A stretch of 64,000 nt of DNA. Source: an uncultured virus (IMG/VR IMGVR_UViG_3300037963_003836) (taxonomy: Duplodnaviria; Heunggongvirae; Uroviricota; Caudoviricetes). The notes beneath the pieces were generated by a model that worked only from the letters and a program-made list of their open reading frames with translations, had not been told where the DNA came from and made no database searches. Position 1 is the first letter of the stretch. Each line of letters opens with the position of its first letter. The stretch is from the IMG/VR virus record IMGVR_UViG_3300037963_003836; one strand, 5' to 3'. Below are positions 1 to 9,900 of this stretch, one piece after another. A program made the position numbers and the translations under genes.

Positions 1-1734
1 TGTAGGAAAGTCTTGTTTTTTATATTCTCTAAGTAAAGTATTTAGTTCTCTAATCTCTTCACTTGCGAGATGATATAAATCTTCGAATATATCCATATCC
101 AAAAACTGTGCTAATAATTCTTTTCTTTCCTTTTGAGATTTTTCTATAAACCCACTGTTATTAGATTGTGTTGACATTGCTGTTAAAACAAAATCTTCAT
201 ATGTTCCAATGTAGTTTCTAATTATTGCGTTTGTCTCTCTACGTTGTTCACCATTCAATGATTCTTTTTGTCCATCAATCATTCTATAGAAATCAACGTC
301 AACTTTTACAGTTCCTCTTTTTGGACTTTTCTTTGCTTTTCTTTCTATGAAATATTCAACACCATTTAATTCGAATTCAAACTTACAATCAAAATTCATT
401 TTAGAGTAATTCATTACATCTTCTGCTCTGATTGTTCTTGAACACTTGTCAAACATACAAAATGATAATGCGTCCCATAAAGTTGACTTACCACTTGCGT
501 TTGGTGCAAAGATTCCATATGCACCTTTCATATTTGTAAAGTCAATTACATTGTTAGTTCCATATGAGAACATATTAGAAAACTCAAATCGTTTTGGAAT
601 CCACGTTGAGTTACTTACAATATTTGGTTTTCCAAGTTTATCATTTATATCTTTATTGATATTGGTAACTACACTTAGTTGTTCTTTTGTAAGGTGTTCT
701 GTTTCTTCTAAATATTCTTCGATAAGTTTATTTTGAAAACCTGTATCTCTTACATTTTGTAATACTATTGATTGATGTTCTACATCTCTTTTACGAGTTA
801 AAACTTTTTGTACAGTTAGTTCTTGTACTTGTGCTTGTTTTTTAATCTTTGCGATTAATCTATTAAGTTGTGAAGTCTTAGTATCTTTTACTCTTACCCT
901 AACTCTTGGTTTATTAGGCATATAATTGTCAGATACTATTTTACCATTTTCAATATCAACAGTCACATATCCATAATCATTGTGTATTGGAACAAATTCA
1001 CTTTTTAGATTTTTCATATCCCAAACTAAGATACCGTGAATAGGATATTTAGCTTCACCGTGATTTTGAACTATCAATGAGCCAGAATATTTGATATGTG
1101 ATTTACCCATTACCTCGTTGTTTGGTTTATGGATATCACCTAACAATACTAAATCATAATTTTCAAAGTGTGATACTTTTACATTTTGATTCTGTATTAC
1201 AAATCCGTGTTCAGTTTCAATGTTATCAACAGGACCGTGTAACATTGCAATTCGTCCATTGTTTTTCTTGTAGTCTGTAGCAGGTGGGAATCCTTCTGAC
1301 TTATCCCATATTGATTTGTGTACAAACGTGTAACCACCGATTCCAACTGCACCTGTATCTTTTACATAGTGTAAGTTTGGATGGTCTAATGCTTTTATGA
1401 TAGGACTAAGAGCGTCCAATCTTGAAGTATTGTTTAGATTTGCGTCGTGATTGCCAGGAATTACGATAGTTGGTAGTAAGTCTGATAACTTACATAAAAA
1501 TTCTTGAGTTAAATCAACAACCTCAGGTGACATATCAGTTTTTGCGTGTACGATATCACCTGCGATATAAATGATGTCATTTTCCCTCATTGTGGATAAG
1601 ATGTATCCATAAAGGTTGGAAAATACCTCACGGTATTCTTTGTGTCGTTGAAGGTTTCTGATATGCACATCTGCGATGTGATATATCTTTCCGATATCGG
1701 ACACACCGACATCGATATACTTTATTCTTCTCAT
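1..1734 (-). CDS. Fused Mre11/SbcD nuclease - Rad50/SbcC ATPase (C-terminus runs off the window); not in the ORF track
   Basis: Manual translation from ATG at 1734: HIADVH, AGDIVH, IPGNHD and LGDIH phosphoesterase motifs, then in the same frame FSNMFSYG and Walker A APNASGKST; no stop down to position 1. Confidence 0.92.
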   Translation of the reverse strand, partial: MRRIKYIDVGVSDIGKIYHIADVHIRNLQRHKEYREVFSNLYGYILSTMRENDIIYIAGDIVHAKTDMSPEVVDLTQEFLCKLSDLLPTIVIPGNHDANLNNTSRLDALSPIIKALDHPNLHYVKDTGAVGIGGYTFVHKSIWDKSEGFPPATDYKKNNGRIAMLHGPVDNIETEHGFVIQNQNVKVSHFENYDLVLLGDIHKPNNEVMGKSHIKYSGSLIVQNHGEAKYPIHGILVWDMKNLKSEFVPIHNDYGYVTVDIENGKIVSDNYMPNKPRVRVRVKDTKTSQLNRLIAKIKKQAQVQELTVQKVLTRKRDVEHQSIVLQNVRDTGFQNKLIEEYLEETEHLTKEQLSVVTNINKDINDKLGKPNIVSNSTWIPKRFEFSNMFSYGTNNVIDFTNMKGAYGIFAPNASGKSTLWDALSFCMFDKCSRTIRAEDVMNYSKMNFDCKFEFELNGVEYFIERKAKKSPKRGTVKVDVDFYRMIDGQKESLNGEQRRETNAIIRNYIGTYEDFVLTAMSTQSNNSGFIEKSQKERKELLAQFLDMDIFEDLYHLASEEIRELNTLLREYKKQDFPT

Positions 1735-2663
1735 ACGTTAAATAGTTGATACTCCATTAACTTTCTTAAATCAAGTGGTGGTGTATCATAAATTTTTTGG
1801 TTTATACGTTCATATCCCATTTCAGATGGGTCCTCATCACCTAAGTCTACCAAATGAGTCTGAATCCCGTAGGACATAAACTTCTTGGACAGACCTATTG
1901 CGTTAGATATAGCATCCGAATCTAATACAATATACAACTTTTTTACCGAATTTCCAATTATTTTCTTCTCTAATTTTGATTGTATACTTTTTCCAAACAA
2001 TGGAACTGCATTTCTTCGTATTGCTATTGCGTCAAATGCTCCTTCACATAAAACCAATGGTATATCCCAATTCACTAAAAGGTCAAACCCTACAATGTCT
2101 TTAGATACCTTTGGATTTTTGTGTTTGTATTTTGATTGATAGAATGACCTACCAACAAAAAAGTTTAGTTTTCCATCATCGTCATAAGATGGTATAATAA
2201 TTTTATCTTCATATTCTCCTGTTTCACAATATCCTATATTATATTTCACAATATCCTCAGGTCTAAGTCCACGTTTTAACAAATAGTTAAGAGCGTGTTT
2301 GTACTTAAACGAGTTTGATTTTTTGTAAAGTGGTTTAAATTCTTTTGGAAGTTCAACTTGATTTACCTGTATCTGATTATCGGAATGAACGTAACGGTTT
2401 ATTCTACTGAATATACTATTATACTCATCCCAAGTTTGTTTAGATACACGAAGTTTTTTAAAAAGGGTTTTTATTGTTCTACCCTTTTCGTCAGATATCC
2501 AACAATGCCATGGATTCTTTCCATCAGAAGTAATTCTAATATTTACTTCTAACTTAGGTTTATAGTGGTCTACAAACGGGGAATAAAAGGCATAATTATC
2601 ACCCGATGTTTTCTTGGATTTACCAAGAACAGACTCCAATAATTCAAGTAATCTATCTTCCAT
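1731..2663 (-). CDS. DNA primase (DnaG/T4 gp61-like, TOPRIM)
   Basis: IIIPSY..GKLNFFVGR, LCEGAFDAI, YIVLDSDA and EDPSEM TOPRIM motifs. Confidence 0.88.
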   Translation of the reverse strand: MEDRLLELLESVLGKSKKTSGDNYAFYSPFVDHYKPKLEVNIRITSDGKNPWHCWISDEKGRTIKTLFKKLRVSKQTWDEYNSIFSRINRYVHSDNQIQVNQVELPKEFKPLYKKSNSFKYKHALNYLLKRGLRPEDIVKYNIGYCETGEYEDKIIIPSYDDDGKLNFFVGRSFYQSKYKHKNPKVSKDIVGFDLLVNWDIPLVLCEGAFDAIAIRRNAVPLFGKSIQSKLEKKIIGNSVKKLYIVLDSDAISNAIGLSKKFMSYGIQTHLVDLGDEDPSEMGYERINQKIYDTPPLDLRKLMEYQLFNV

Positions 2664-2692
2664 TTAGTATAAACTTACACTAATATACAAAA

Positions 2693-3127
2693 TTATTTTG
2701 AATAATCAAAGAAATTTTCCTTTTGTTTTTCCTCAATCCATTCTTGGGGTATTTCTTTTTTAGCCCATTTGAAACCATTCTTCTCACACCATTGAGCGTA
2801 AGTAGTTTTAGAACCTTTGTATATTTTACCGTTTGGGGACTGTAAAACAAATCGTAAATCCATCTCAGGATTCTGTTCTCTGATGAGTAAATGTTTCTTT
2901 CTGTCCTCGGGTAAAAACCAACCCTTTGATTCAATGTAGATACCGTTTGGTAATTTGAAATCGGGTTTGTAAGTGTGGTGTGTTGCTGGTACTGTATATG
3001 ATACTTCGTGTTGTTCATATTCACCGTCAATTCCTTGTTGTTTGAGTTGTTCATCTATACGAGTTTCCAACCCACTTTTGTGTCCCTTCATTTTTTGGAT
3101 GTGGGACCAATTTCCTTTTTTATTCAT
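2693..3127 (-). CDS. Phage endonuclease I-like Holliday junction resolvase
   Basis: SGLE, YKPDF, IESKG, DRKKH and TTYAQWC motifs typical of the T7 endonuclease I family. Confidence 0.88.
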   Translation of the reverse strand: MNKKGNWSHIQKMKGHKSGLETRIDEQLKQQGIDGEYEQHEVSYTVPATHHTYKPDFKLPNGIYIESKGWFLPEDRKKHLLIREQNPEMDLRFVLQSPNGKIYKGSKTTYAQWCEKNGFKWAKKEIPQEWIEEKQKENFFDYSK

Positions 3128-3129
3128 AA

Positions 3130-4857
3130 CTATTCAAAATCTAATCTAACATCAACTGTTACATCAACATCCTGTCTTTTCTTCATTGGTGAACCCATCT
3201 TACCAATCGCAAGTAATTCACCTTCATTGTTATATAATCCTATGGATGTTATATATGGTCTAAACGCAGACCCCGTAACAAAGTCTCTTAGTACATGACC
3301 ACTTTCGTCACCTGTTAGTCTTAATGTATTATTTTGTGAGACGTTAAACTCACCTCTTCCTATTTCACATAGGATTGATTGTTGTTCTATTTTTTTAGTA
3401 GAGTTGTATGTGAACTCAAAACCTTTTCCTGTGTAGTTAAAGTCACCATCACCCAAAAAACAATTTTGATATTTTGGTCTTGGGTCTGTTACTACTATTA
3501 ATCCCTTTTCATAAAATGTATATCCAACGTTTCTTGTTTGATATGCTGAACCACTGATTACATGATTGTTACTCAGTGATGAAATATTATCTGCTGTAAG
3601 GTTTGTGTTATAGAATCTAACTTCATCTATTGAACCACTTGTACCTGTATCACCCATTCCGTTTCTACACATTATCATTACATCTTGTTCATTACCGATT
3701 GGTCTCCTAACATGAGTAGCGGCAAAATCATCAAGTTGAACTCCGTCAACGTAGAATTTCATAGTCCCACCATTTTGTCCACCTGTATGATTTACAATAA
3801 TATTATGCCATTGATTGTCATTAACCTTTGATGAGGTTACTATGAGTTGACTTCTTTTATTTTCTCTTCCATCAAAAAATTGGAATTGTAATTTACCATT
3901 TAACTCTCCCGCTAATTGATTATATACACTTATTTTAAATGGATATGCAGGTGGGTCAATGATTTGTCTTGAACCGAAAACGTTTCCTCGTTGTATTGAA
4001 CTTGGATTGTAATCAAGATATGGATTATATTCTTGACCTGCTTTTGCTAATATTATATTATTATTTCTTTCTAACATAGATTGACTTGGTGGTAGTTTAA
4101 TCCATGTTGATATCGACCAATTTTCAAATGAATTAAAGAAGTCGGTATTACTACCTGCGGCAGGTATGTAAAGTGATGATGATGTTTGTAAGAATCCACC
4201 ATAACCACTTGCTGTTGCTTCACCTGTTGTATCTATTCCATTTACTATGGTTACATTTTTACATTCAAGATTATTACCAAATGGTCCTTCGTCTTTTTGA
4301 ATTTTATAGATTGTATTATGTGGATACTTATTAAATCCTAAATAGAATTTTAAATATTTGTCATCTACAAATTTAGTGTGGTCTATTGCTGTATCATATA
4401 AAACACCACAGTTATTATCAAACTTTGATTCACTTAAGTGTAATGAAGCAGAACCTGCTGCTCTTGAAAAGTCTGAGATAGTTACTGATTCAGGTTTGAT
4501 TCCTAAACCAAATTTATTTTGTGGTATCGAAACAATTGATGCTGTTGGATATAAATGTTTATCCCCATAATCCTTAAAACATACTGAGTTAAGTGTACTC
4601 CACATAATTTTCTGTGGAACTTTATTTAAGTCTCTTGAAATTGCACCTGAACCTGTTAGGATAGTAGTATCATATTCAATACCTTGGTGTTTTGATTTAG
4701 AAACTTCTAACTTAGTATTAAATGGGGATATTGCTCTAAAAGTAGATATCTCGAATGATGACGAATAGTTTACATCCGTTACCTCATATCTTTTATGAGC
4801 TTTGTAGGGACGTGTGGTTATTCCCTGATTGAATATCCTTTTGAATACTTTTGCCAT
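3130..4857 (-). CDS. Virion structural protein with LamG/concanavalin-like domain
   Basis: SISTWIK, NDNQWHNI, YVDGV and GSIDEVRFY LamG motifs; C-terminal YITSIGLYN..ELLAIGK shared with the neighbouring gene; lies in the baseplate cluster. Confidence 0.75.
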   Translation of the reverse strand: MAKVFKRIFNQGITTRPYKAHKRYEVTDVNYSSSFEISTFRAISPFNTKLEVSKSKHQGIEYDTTILTGSGAISRDLNKVPQKIMWSTLNSVCFKDYGDKHLYPTASIVSIPQNKFGLGIKPESVTISDFSRAAGSASLHLSESKFDNNCGVLYDTAIDHTKFVDDKYLKFYLGFNKYPHNTIYKIQKDEGPFGNNLECKNVTIVNGIDTTGEATASGYGGFLQTSSSLYIPAAGSNTDFFNSFENWSISTWIKLPPSQSMLERNNNIILAKAGQEYNPYLDYNPSSIQRGNVFGSRQIIDPPAYPFKISVYNQLAGELNGKLQFQFFDGRENKRSQLIVTSSKVNDNQWHNIIVNHTGGQNGGTMKFYVDGVQLDDFAATHVRRPIGNEQDVMIMCRNGMGDTGTSGSIDEVRFYNTNLTADNISSLSNNHVISGSAYQTRNVGYTFYEKGLIVVTDPRPKYQNCFLGDGDFNYTGKGFEFTYNSTKKIEQQSILCEIGRGEFNVSQNNTLRLTGDESGHVLRDFVTGSAFRPYITSIGLYNNEGELLAIGKMGSPMKKRQDVDVTVDVRLDFE

Positions 4858-4873
4858 ACTTCATCACTAATTC

Positions 4874-6217
4874 TTAGAAATCTAATTTAACCTTGACCAA
4901 TACTTCGTTTTGGAATGATTTCAAAATTGGTTTAGAAAGTTTAGCGATTGCGAGTAATTCATTATCATTGTTATATAACCCAACACTTGTAATATAAGTT
5001 TTTGGGTCACCAACGAAAGTTGATTGATTCAATCTACCCTCTGAACCTGAAATATAAGTCGGGTTGTTACTAAAGTTATATTCACCATTCTTAGCTCTAA
5101 CAAAGTAGAAAGTTGATTTAACTTCTTCTTCGTTTCTTGCTTGGAATCCGTTTGATGTACTATCAACTGCTGAACCACTAATTGCTTCAAACAATCTATT
5201 ATGGTTTTGATTATCTGCTACAGTTCTTACAGTTCCTAATGATGATGAATCATCAAGTGCCGCTGCACCTAATATGATTATACCATGTTGTGGATAAACT
5301 TCACCAAATATTTCTGTTGAGTTTTGAATACCACCTGTAAGAGAACCTGATACTACATTGTATTTAGTTTGTCTTGCGTTACCTGCTTGGTTAGTGTCAC
5401 CACTATCATCAATTAGTCTTAATAGTTTTTTACCACCTGAACCTGAGATACACAATTCCCAATTGCCAGGGTCTAATCTATCTTTTAGTCTAGCTCTGTT
5501 GATTGCGATTGCGTAAATATCATCTTGGTTTCTATCTTGCCATTTGAAGAATTTTTGGTTAGACGGTAACAAGACTTGTTGCATTTGTGAGTATATTGCA
5601 GATGAAGGTGAATCTTCATTTGTTCCTGCCGAACCACTACCTGCGTAGTGTCCGTATGCTACTGAGAACTGAGGTTCATTTGTAGATACTGATGGAAGTC
5701 CGTTATATACTTCATAGTAATATGATTTTTGAGTATTTGATAAGAACGATGATGTGTGGAATACAGTTAGTTCACCACTTCCACCTGACCATAGTCCTCT
5801 TGTTACTCTCTTAGTACCACCTTCTACTACATCTTCAGTAGTAAAGGCAGTATAAACTTTTCCACTACCATAATCATATGCTCCTGCTGGAACGATTGGA
5901 GTGTCATTTGCTGCGACATCATCATTTAGTATGACATCAATTGGTGATACGTTTACTCCACTACTTGGTCCTTGACCTGAGGTTGGACTCAAAATAGATG
6001 GTCTTGGTGCTACCTGTGGAGTAACTGATACGTTTGATGCTCCACCACCATTTTGAAGGTTTTGTGATATTACGTTTTGTCCACCATTTCTTGGACCATT
6101 AAGGAACGGCATACCATTAAATCCATTAATGCCAGGAAATCCACCTGGCGGTGAATTGAATCCACCGTCAAAGTATGAGTTAGGTCCACCGAATCCGAAG
6201 TTGTTTAAAAATGCCAT
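4874..6217 (-). CDS. Virion structural (baseplate/tail) protein, paralog of 3130-4857
   Basis: C-terminal TYITSVGLYNNDNELLAIAKLSKP..KVKLDF; Gly/Pro/Asn-rich N-terminus. Confidence 0.7.
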   Translation of the reverse strand: MAFLNNFGFGGPNSYFDGGFNSPPGGFPGINGFNGMPFLNGPRNGGQNVISQNLQNGGGASNVSVTPQVAPRPSILSPTSGQGPSSGVNVSPIDVILNDDVAANDTPIVPAGAYDYGSGKVYTAFTTEDVVEGGTKRVTRGLWSGGSGELTVFHTSSFLSNTQKSYYYEVYNGLPSVSTNEPQFSVAYGHYAGSGSAGTNEDSPSSAIYSQMQQVLLPSNQKFFKWQDRNQDDIYAIAINRARLKDRLDPGNWELCISGSGGKKLLRLIDDSGDTNQAGNARQTKYNVVSGSLTGGIQNSTEIFGEVYPQHGIIILGAAALDDSSSLGTVRTVADNQNHNRLFEAISGSAVDSTSNGFQARNEEEVKSTFYFVRAKNGEYNFSNNPTYISGSEGRLNQSTFVGDPKTYITSVGLYNNDNELLAIAKLSKPILKSFQNEVLVKVKLDF

Positions 6218-6228
6218 AATTTATCTCC

Positions 6229-6870
6229 TTATTCGTTTACCTTAGGTGTTACCGTTACATCTAACTCTGCTCTACCACCTGTTTCATTACCAATAATGAT
6301 AATTCTTGTATTGGTTGTTTGGTTTGTTGGTAGATTGTTTGTTGGAGTGAATATAAATGAATTCAATCCTGTTACTGCTAATGCTTGATTAGTAGCATAT
6401 GAATTGATATTAATAATAGGTGAAGTTGTTCCTGGCACTCCTGCGTTACCACTGATTGAACCTACATCACTATTAAGTAATATTGCTGTATATCCTAAAT
6501 TTTCATTACCACCATTCTTAGTAGTTACGTTTATAGTACTTGCTGTTCCTTCTTCTGCTGAAGAGATAGAAGTTACCGATAGTTCTATAAATGGTAATTT
6601 TACCGTTGATTTCGGTAATGATAATAATTTGTATTTCATTAAATATGAATCGTCAGTAATCGCCTCCAAGATTGGCATATTTTCAATAACGATTCCATAG
6701 TAGTCACTACCTAACGAGTGAGCAGGATTCCAAAGGTCGTAATCGACCTCATCATCCGCTAATGCGAATTGGGTAATTGAAAATTTGTCTCTACCTTCCG
6801 CGAGTAATTCTCTTCCCCTCTTGGTAAGGATAGCGTCTACTGTTACAGATGAATTGTCTAAAAATCCCAT
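6229..6870 (-). CDS. Virion structural (baseplate) protein
   Basis: LTKRGRELLA..ITQFALADDEVDY N-terminus; late-type TATTTAT motif upstream. Confidence 0.65.
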   Translation of the reverse strand: MGFLDNSSVTVDAILTKRGRELLAEGRDKFSITQFALADDEVDYDLWNPAHSLGSDYYGIVIENMPILEAITDDSYLMKYKLLSLPKSTVKLPFIELSVTSISSAEEGTASTINVTTKNGGNENLGYTAILLNSDVGSISGNAGVPGTTSPIININSYATNQALAVTGLNSFIFTPTNNLPTNQTTNTRIIIIGNETGGRAELDVTVTPKVNE

Positions 6871-6934
6871 AGTTGTTTTCCTCTTTTACTTATATAAATA
6901 TAGTTTTTTTTATTTTTAAATCATTTTTTTGTTT

Positions 6935-9900
6935 TTAACCACCTCTATTCGAAAATAATCCACCTGACCTACGATTTCTTTGTTGTTGAAAAATATCGTC
7001 TAACGGTCCATTTGTAGTAGCTGCTGCTCCAAATGTTGAGTTATTATTTACAGGTGGTGGTGGTCCATATCCAAACGACACATTAGTCGTTGGTGGTGGT
7101 GTAGAACTTATTCTTGGTGCACCACCATTTCTATAAGCTCTTGCCGCTTGTTTTCTCGCTACATTCTCAACTGCTCTTGATGTAGCGTTTACGTTTAACG
7201 TAACATTCTTTTGTGCAATTCCAACAGACGGAATAAAACTAAATGATACTTTTGTATCATCGCCTGGTATTTTCCCAATAGGTCTTTTTCTTCTTTTAGG
7301 TAATAATGGTAGTGCTGGTGGATTTCTAAATAAATCGTCTTCAATTGCTTTATCTATTGCTTTTGATGTTGATTTACTTATAGTTTCCACTGTATCAATG
7401 TGTTTTTTAACTGATACTAAATCCTCAGATTCCATAACATTTATTACCTTTGTTGCTCCCTTTGAATCAAGTTCAACTTCTTTTGTAGTACTTACTACGA
7501 TATCAGTATCACTAACCTGAGTTACTTCTATTACAGGACTGTTGTCAGGAGTATCCGCTGAATTTGCTGTTAAAGATGTACTTGATATTTTACATCCTAA
7601 ATAGAATAAGTTATTTAGATTACCTGTCAATCTATCATCTTGAACTCTTGCAAAATGGAATGACGCGGAACTTGCGAACTCAGGACCTTTTGATGCACTT
7701 ATTTCGTTTGTGTAAAAATATCTTGGTTCCAATGCTGTTCTTGAAAGTCTTGCGTCTAATATAGTAGAACCTGTTGGTGAGTATTCCCAATATGGATTTG
7801 TATCTGTAAAGTAATCACCTGAAGAACTAAGTCTTTGGATGTCGGTGTATTTGTAAACAGACGGTTTAAATACATCTTTGGTTATACTACTTGTGTAAGT
7901 TAAGTAAGAACCTGATATTATACTTAACGTTGTTACTCCACTACTCTCATATTGATTTTGTGTGAATGAGATTCCTTGTGGTCTTAAATAATTGTTTCTC
8001 TCAAAAATATGTGGTTCAACTAAAATACCTTTATGCCAATCAGCTCTTGCTGGAACTAACTGTTTCATTGAATCAAAGATAGACATATCATATCTTGATA
8101 ACATATCTAATTGAATCTGAAGTGCGGTTCTTCCTGTATATTTTTGGAAATAGTTTCTTGCTCTAAAATCTAATAAATCATATCCGTCATTATTTCTAAC
8201 ATCAGTATCACCAACCAAATCACCTGCGTCAAAGTAACCTTCAGACGCGTAGATATCAAAGTTGACTGTATCTGTTGTAGAGAAATAAGTTCCTAATAAA
8301 TTAGAATCAAGAGGCGCTTCATCGTATTGACTTTTTTCATTACTAACATCAAATTGTAATGGACCTCTTAATGATGAAGATTCTATTCTTACTTTCTTAT
8401 TTGTTAAGTTTAGTGCTCCAACAGATGGAATAGAAACAAACTGAGTATCTACTTCACCTGATAATCTTGATGCGTCTGCTTGTCCAAATCTATCAAAAGA
8501 CGCAGATAATATAAGACCCGTTACTGATGAGGTAAACTGTTGATTAGGATGTCTTGATGATATAGAACCACTAATGTTATTATATGTACTATCAGGGAAA
8601 ATTCTATATAGAAGATTCTCATATGATGTGTCGATATCTAAATCAGTTGTATTATCATCAGAATAATATGCGTCAGTATTTGCTGCGTGACCAAGTATGA
8701 CTTCGTTTGATAACTGTTTTTTGTAGTATCTTATTTCTTGGATACTTGATGTAGTATTTCCCGCATTAGTAAATGGTATAGAAATAGACGCACTTCTACC
8801 TGTTGGTGATGTTGGGTTCCAAATACTATCTATGCTACTATCATCCCAAGACGCAGTTGGATTTGCTAATGTGAATCCCCAATCGTCAACCCATGCTGAG
8901 TTAAGTGTATATCCACCTGACCCCGATGATATTGCTACTATAACATTTCTTTCTTGTTTGTAAGGAACATATGGTGTTGATGCTAACGCTCCACCACCAA
9001 CATAATTAACAACCCATCTTGCTTTTCCCGTTACTTGGTTATACTCCCATTTTAAATCATAGGTGTCGGAAATATTATGTCTCATGATTGTGTGATTACC
9101 CTGTGGTAGTTTTGCTATTATTTCAATAGTCTTTGGTCTATGACCATTAATTTTATCCCATGGGTTCTCTGAACGACATGCTCCGTCTAATTGTAGTTTG
9201 TAGATATATCTTTCGTGTTCGTATATCTCTTTAGTATCTTTTATTCTTGGTCCACCGTACTCTCTAATCTTTAAGAATGCACTTGGAACACCATAAGAAG
9301 ATATCAATGTTTTAAATGAACGTGCAGTACCTTTACTTTTGTATATTCCTGGCACGTTATTTAATAATCTTCTCCAAGTTTCGTGAACAATCTCTTTTGT
9401 TGGTTTAGAATATAGAGAACCTGATTGTATTGGATTACCTGTTTGGTCAACTCCGAATTCGTATTTCCATAATGAAGTATCGGAGTATCCATTAAATAGT
9501 TTCCAACCAAATGAGTTTGTAATAACCTCAATCAAATCCTGTGCCATACCATCTTTAGGATGTTCTTCTCTATCATTGATTTGAGTAATTTCTTTTATGT
9601 AGTTGTAGAATATATCAAAATGTTGACCTAACATTTTTACAAACTCAACATACTCTTCGTTCTTTTCATCAAACGCTAAATTAGCAGGAATCATTTCTGT
9701 TAACTTAGTATCATTTAATGCGTCATATGCTTTTGCTGTCTCAATTGTATTATTAAACCAACTTGTACCGTTTGATGATGTCAAGTCATATAACGTATGT
9801 GGGTTCTTTAATTCTTTTGGATATGGGTCTATTACAAACTGTGACGAACTAAAGTGTGTATATAAAGATGACTCATGATTATAGTACATCCAATATTCAA

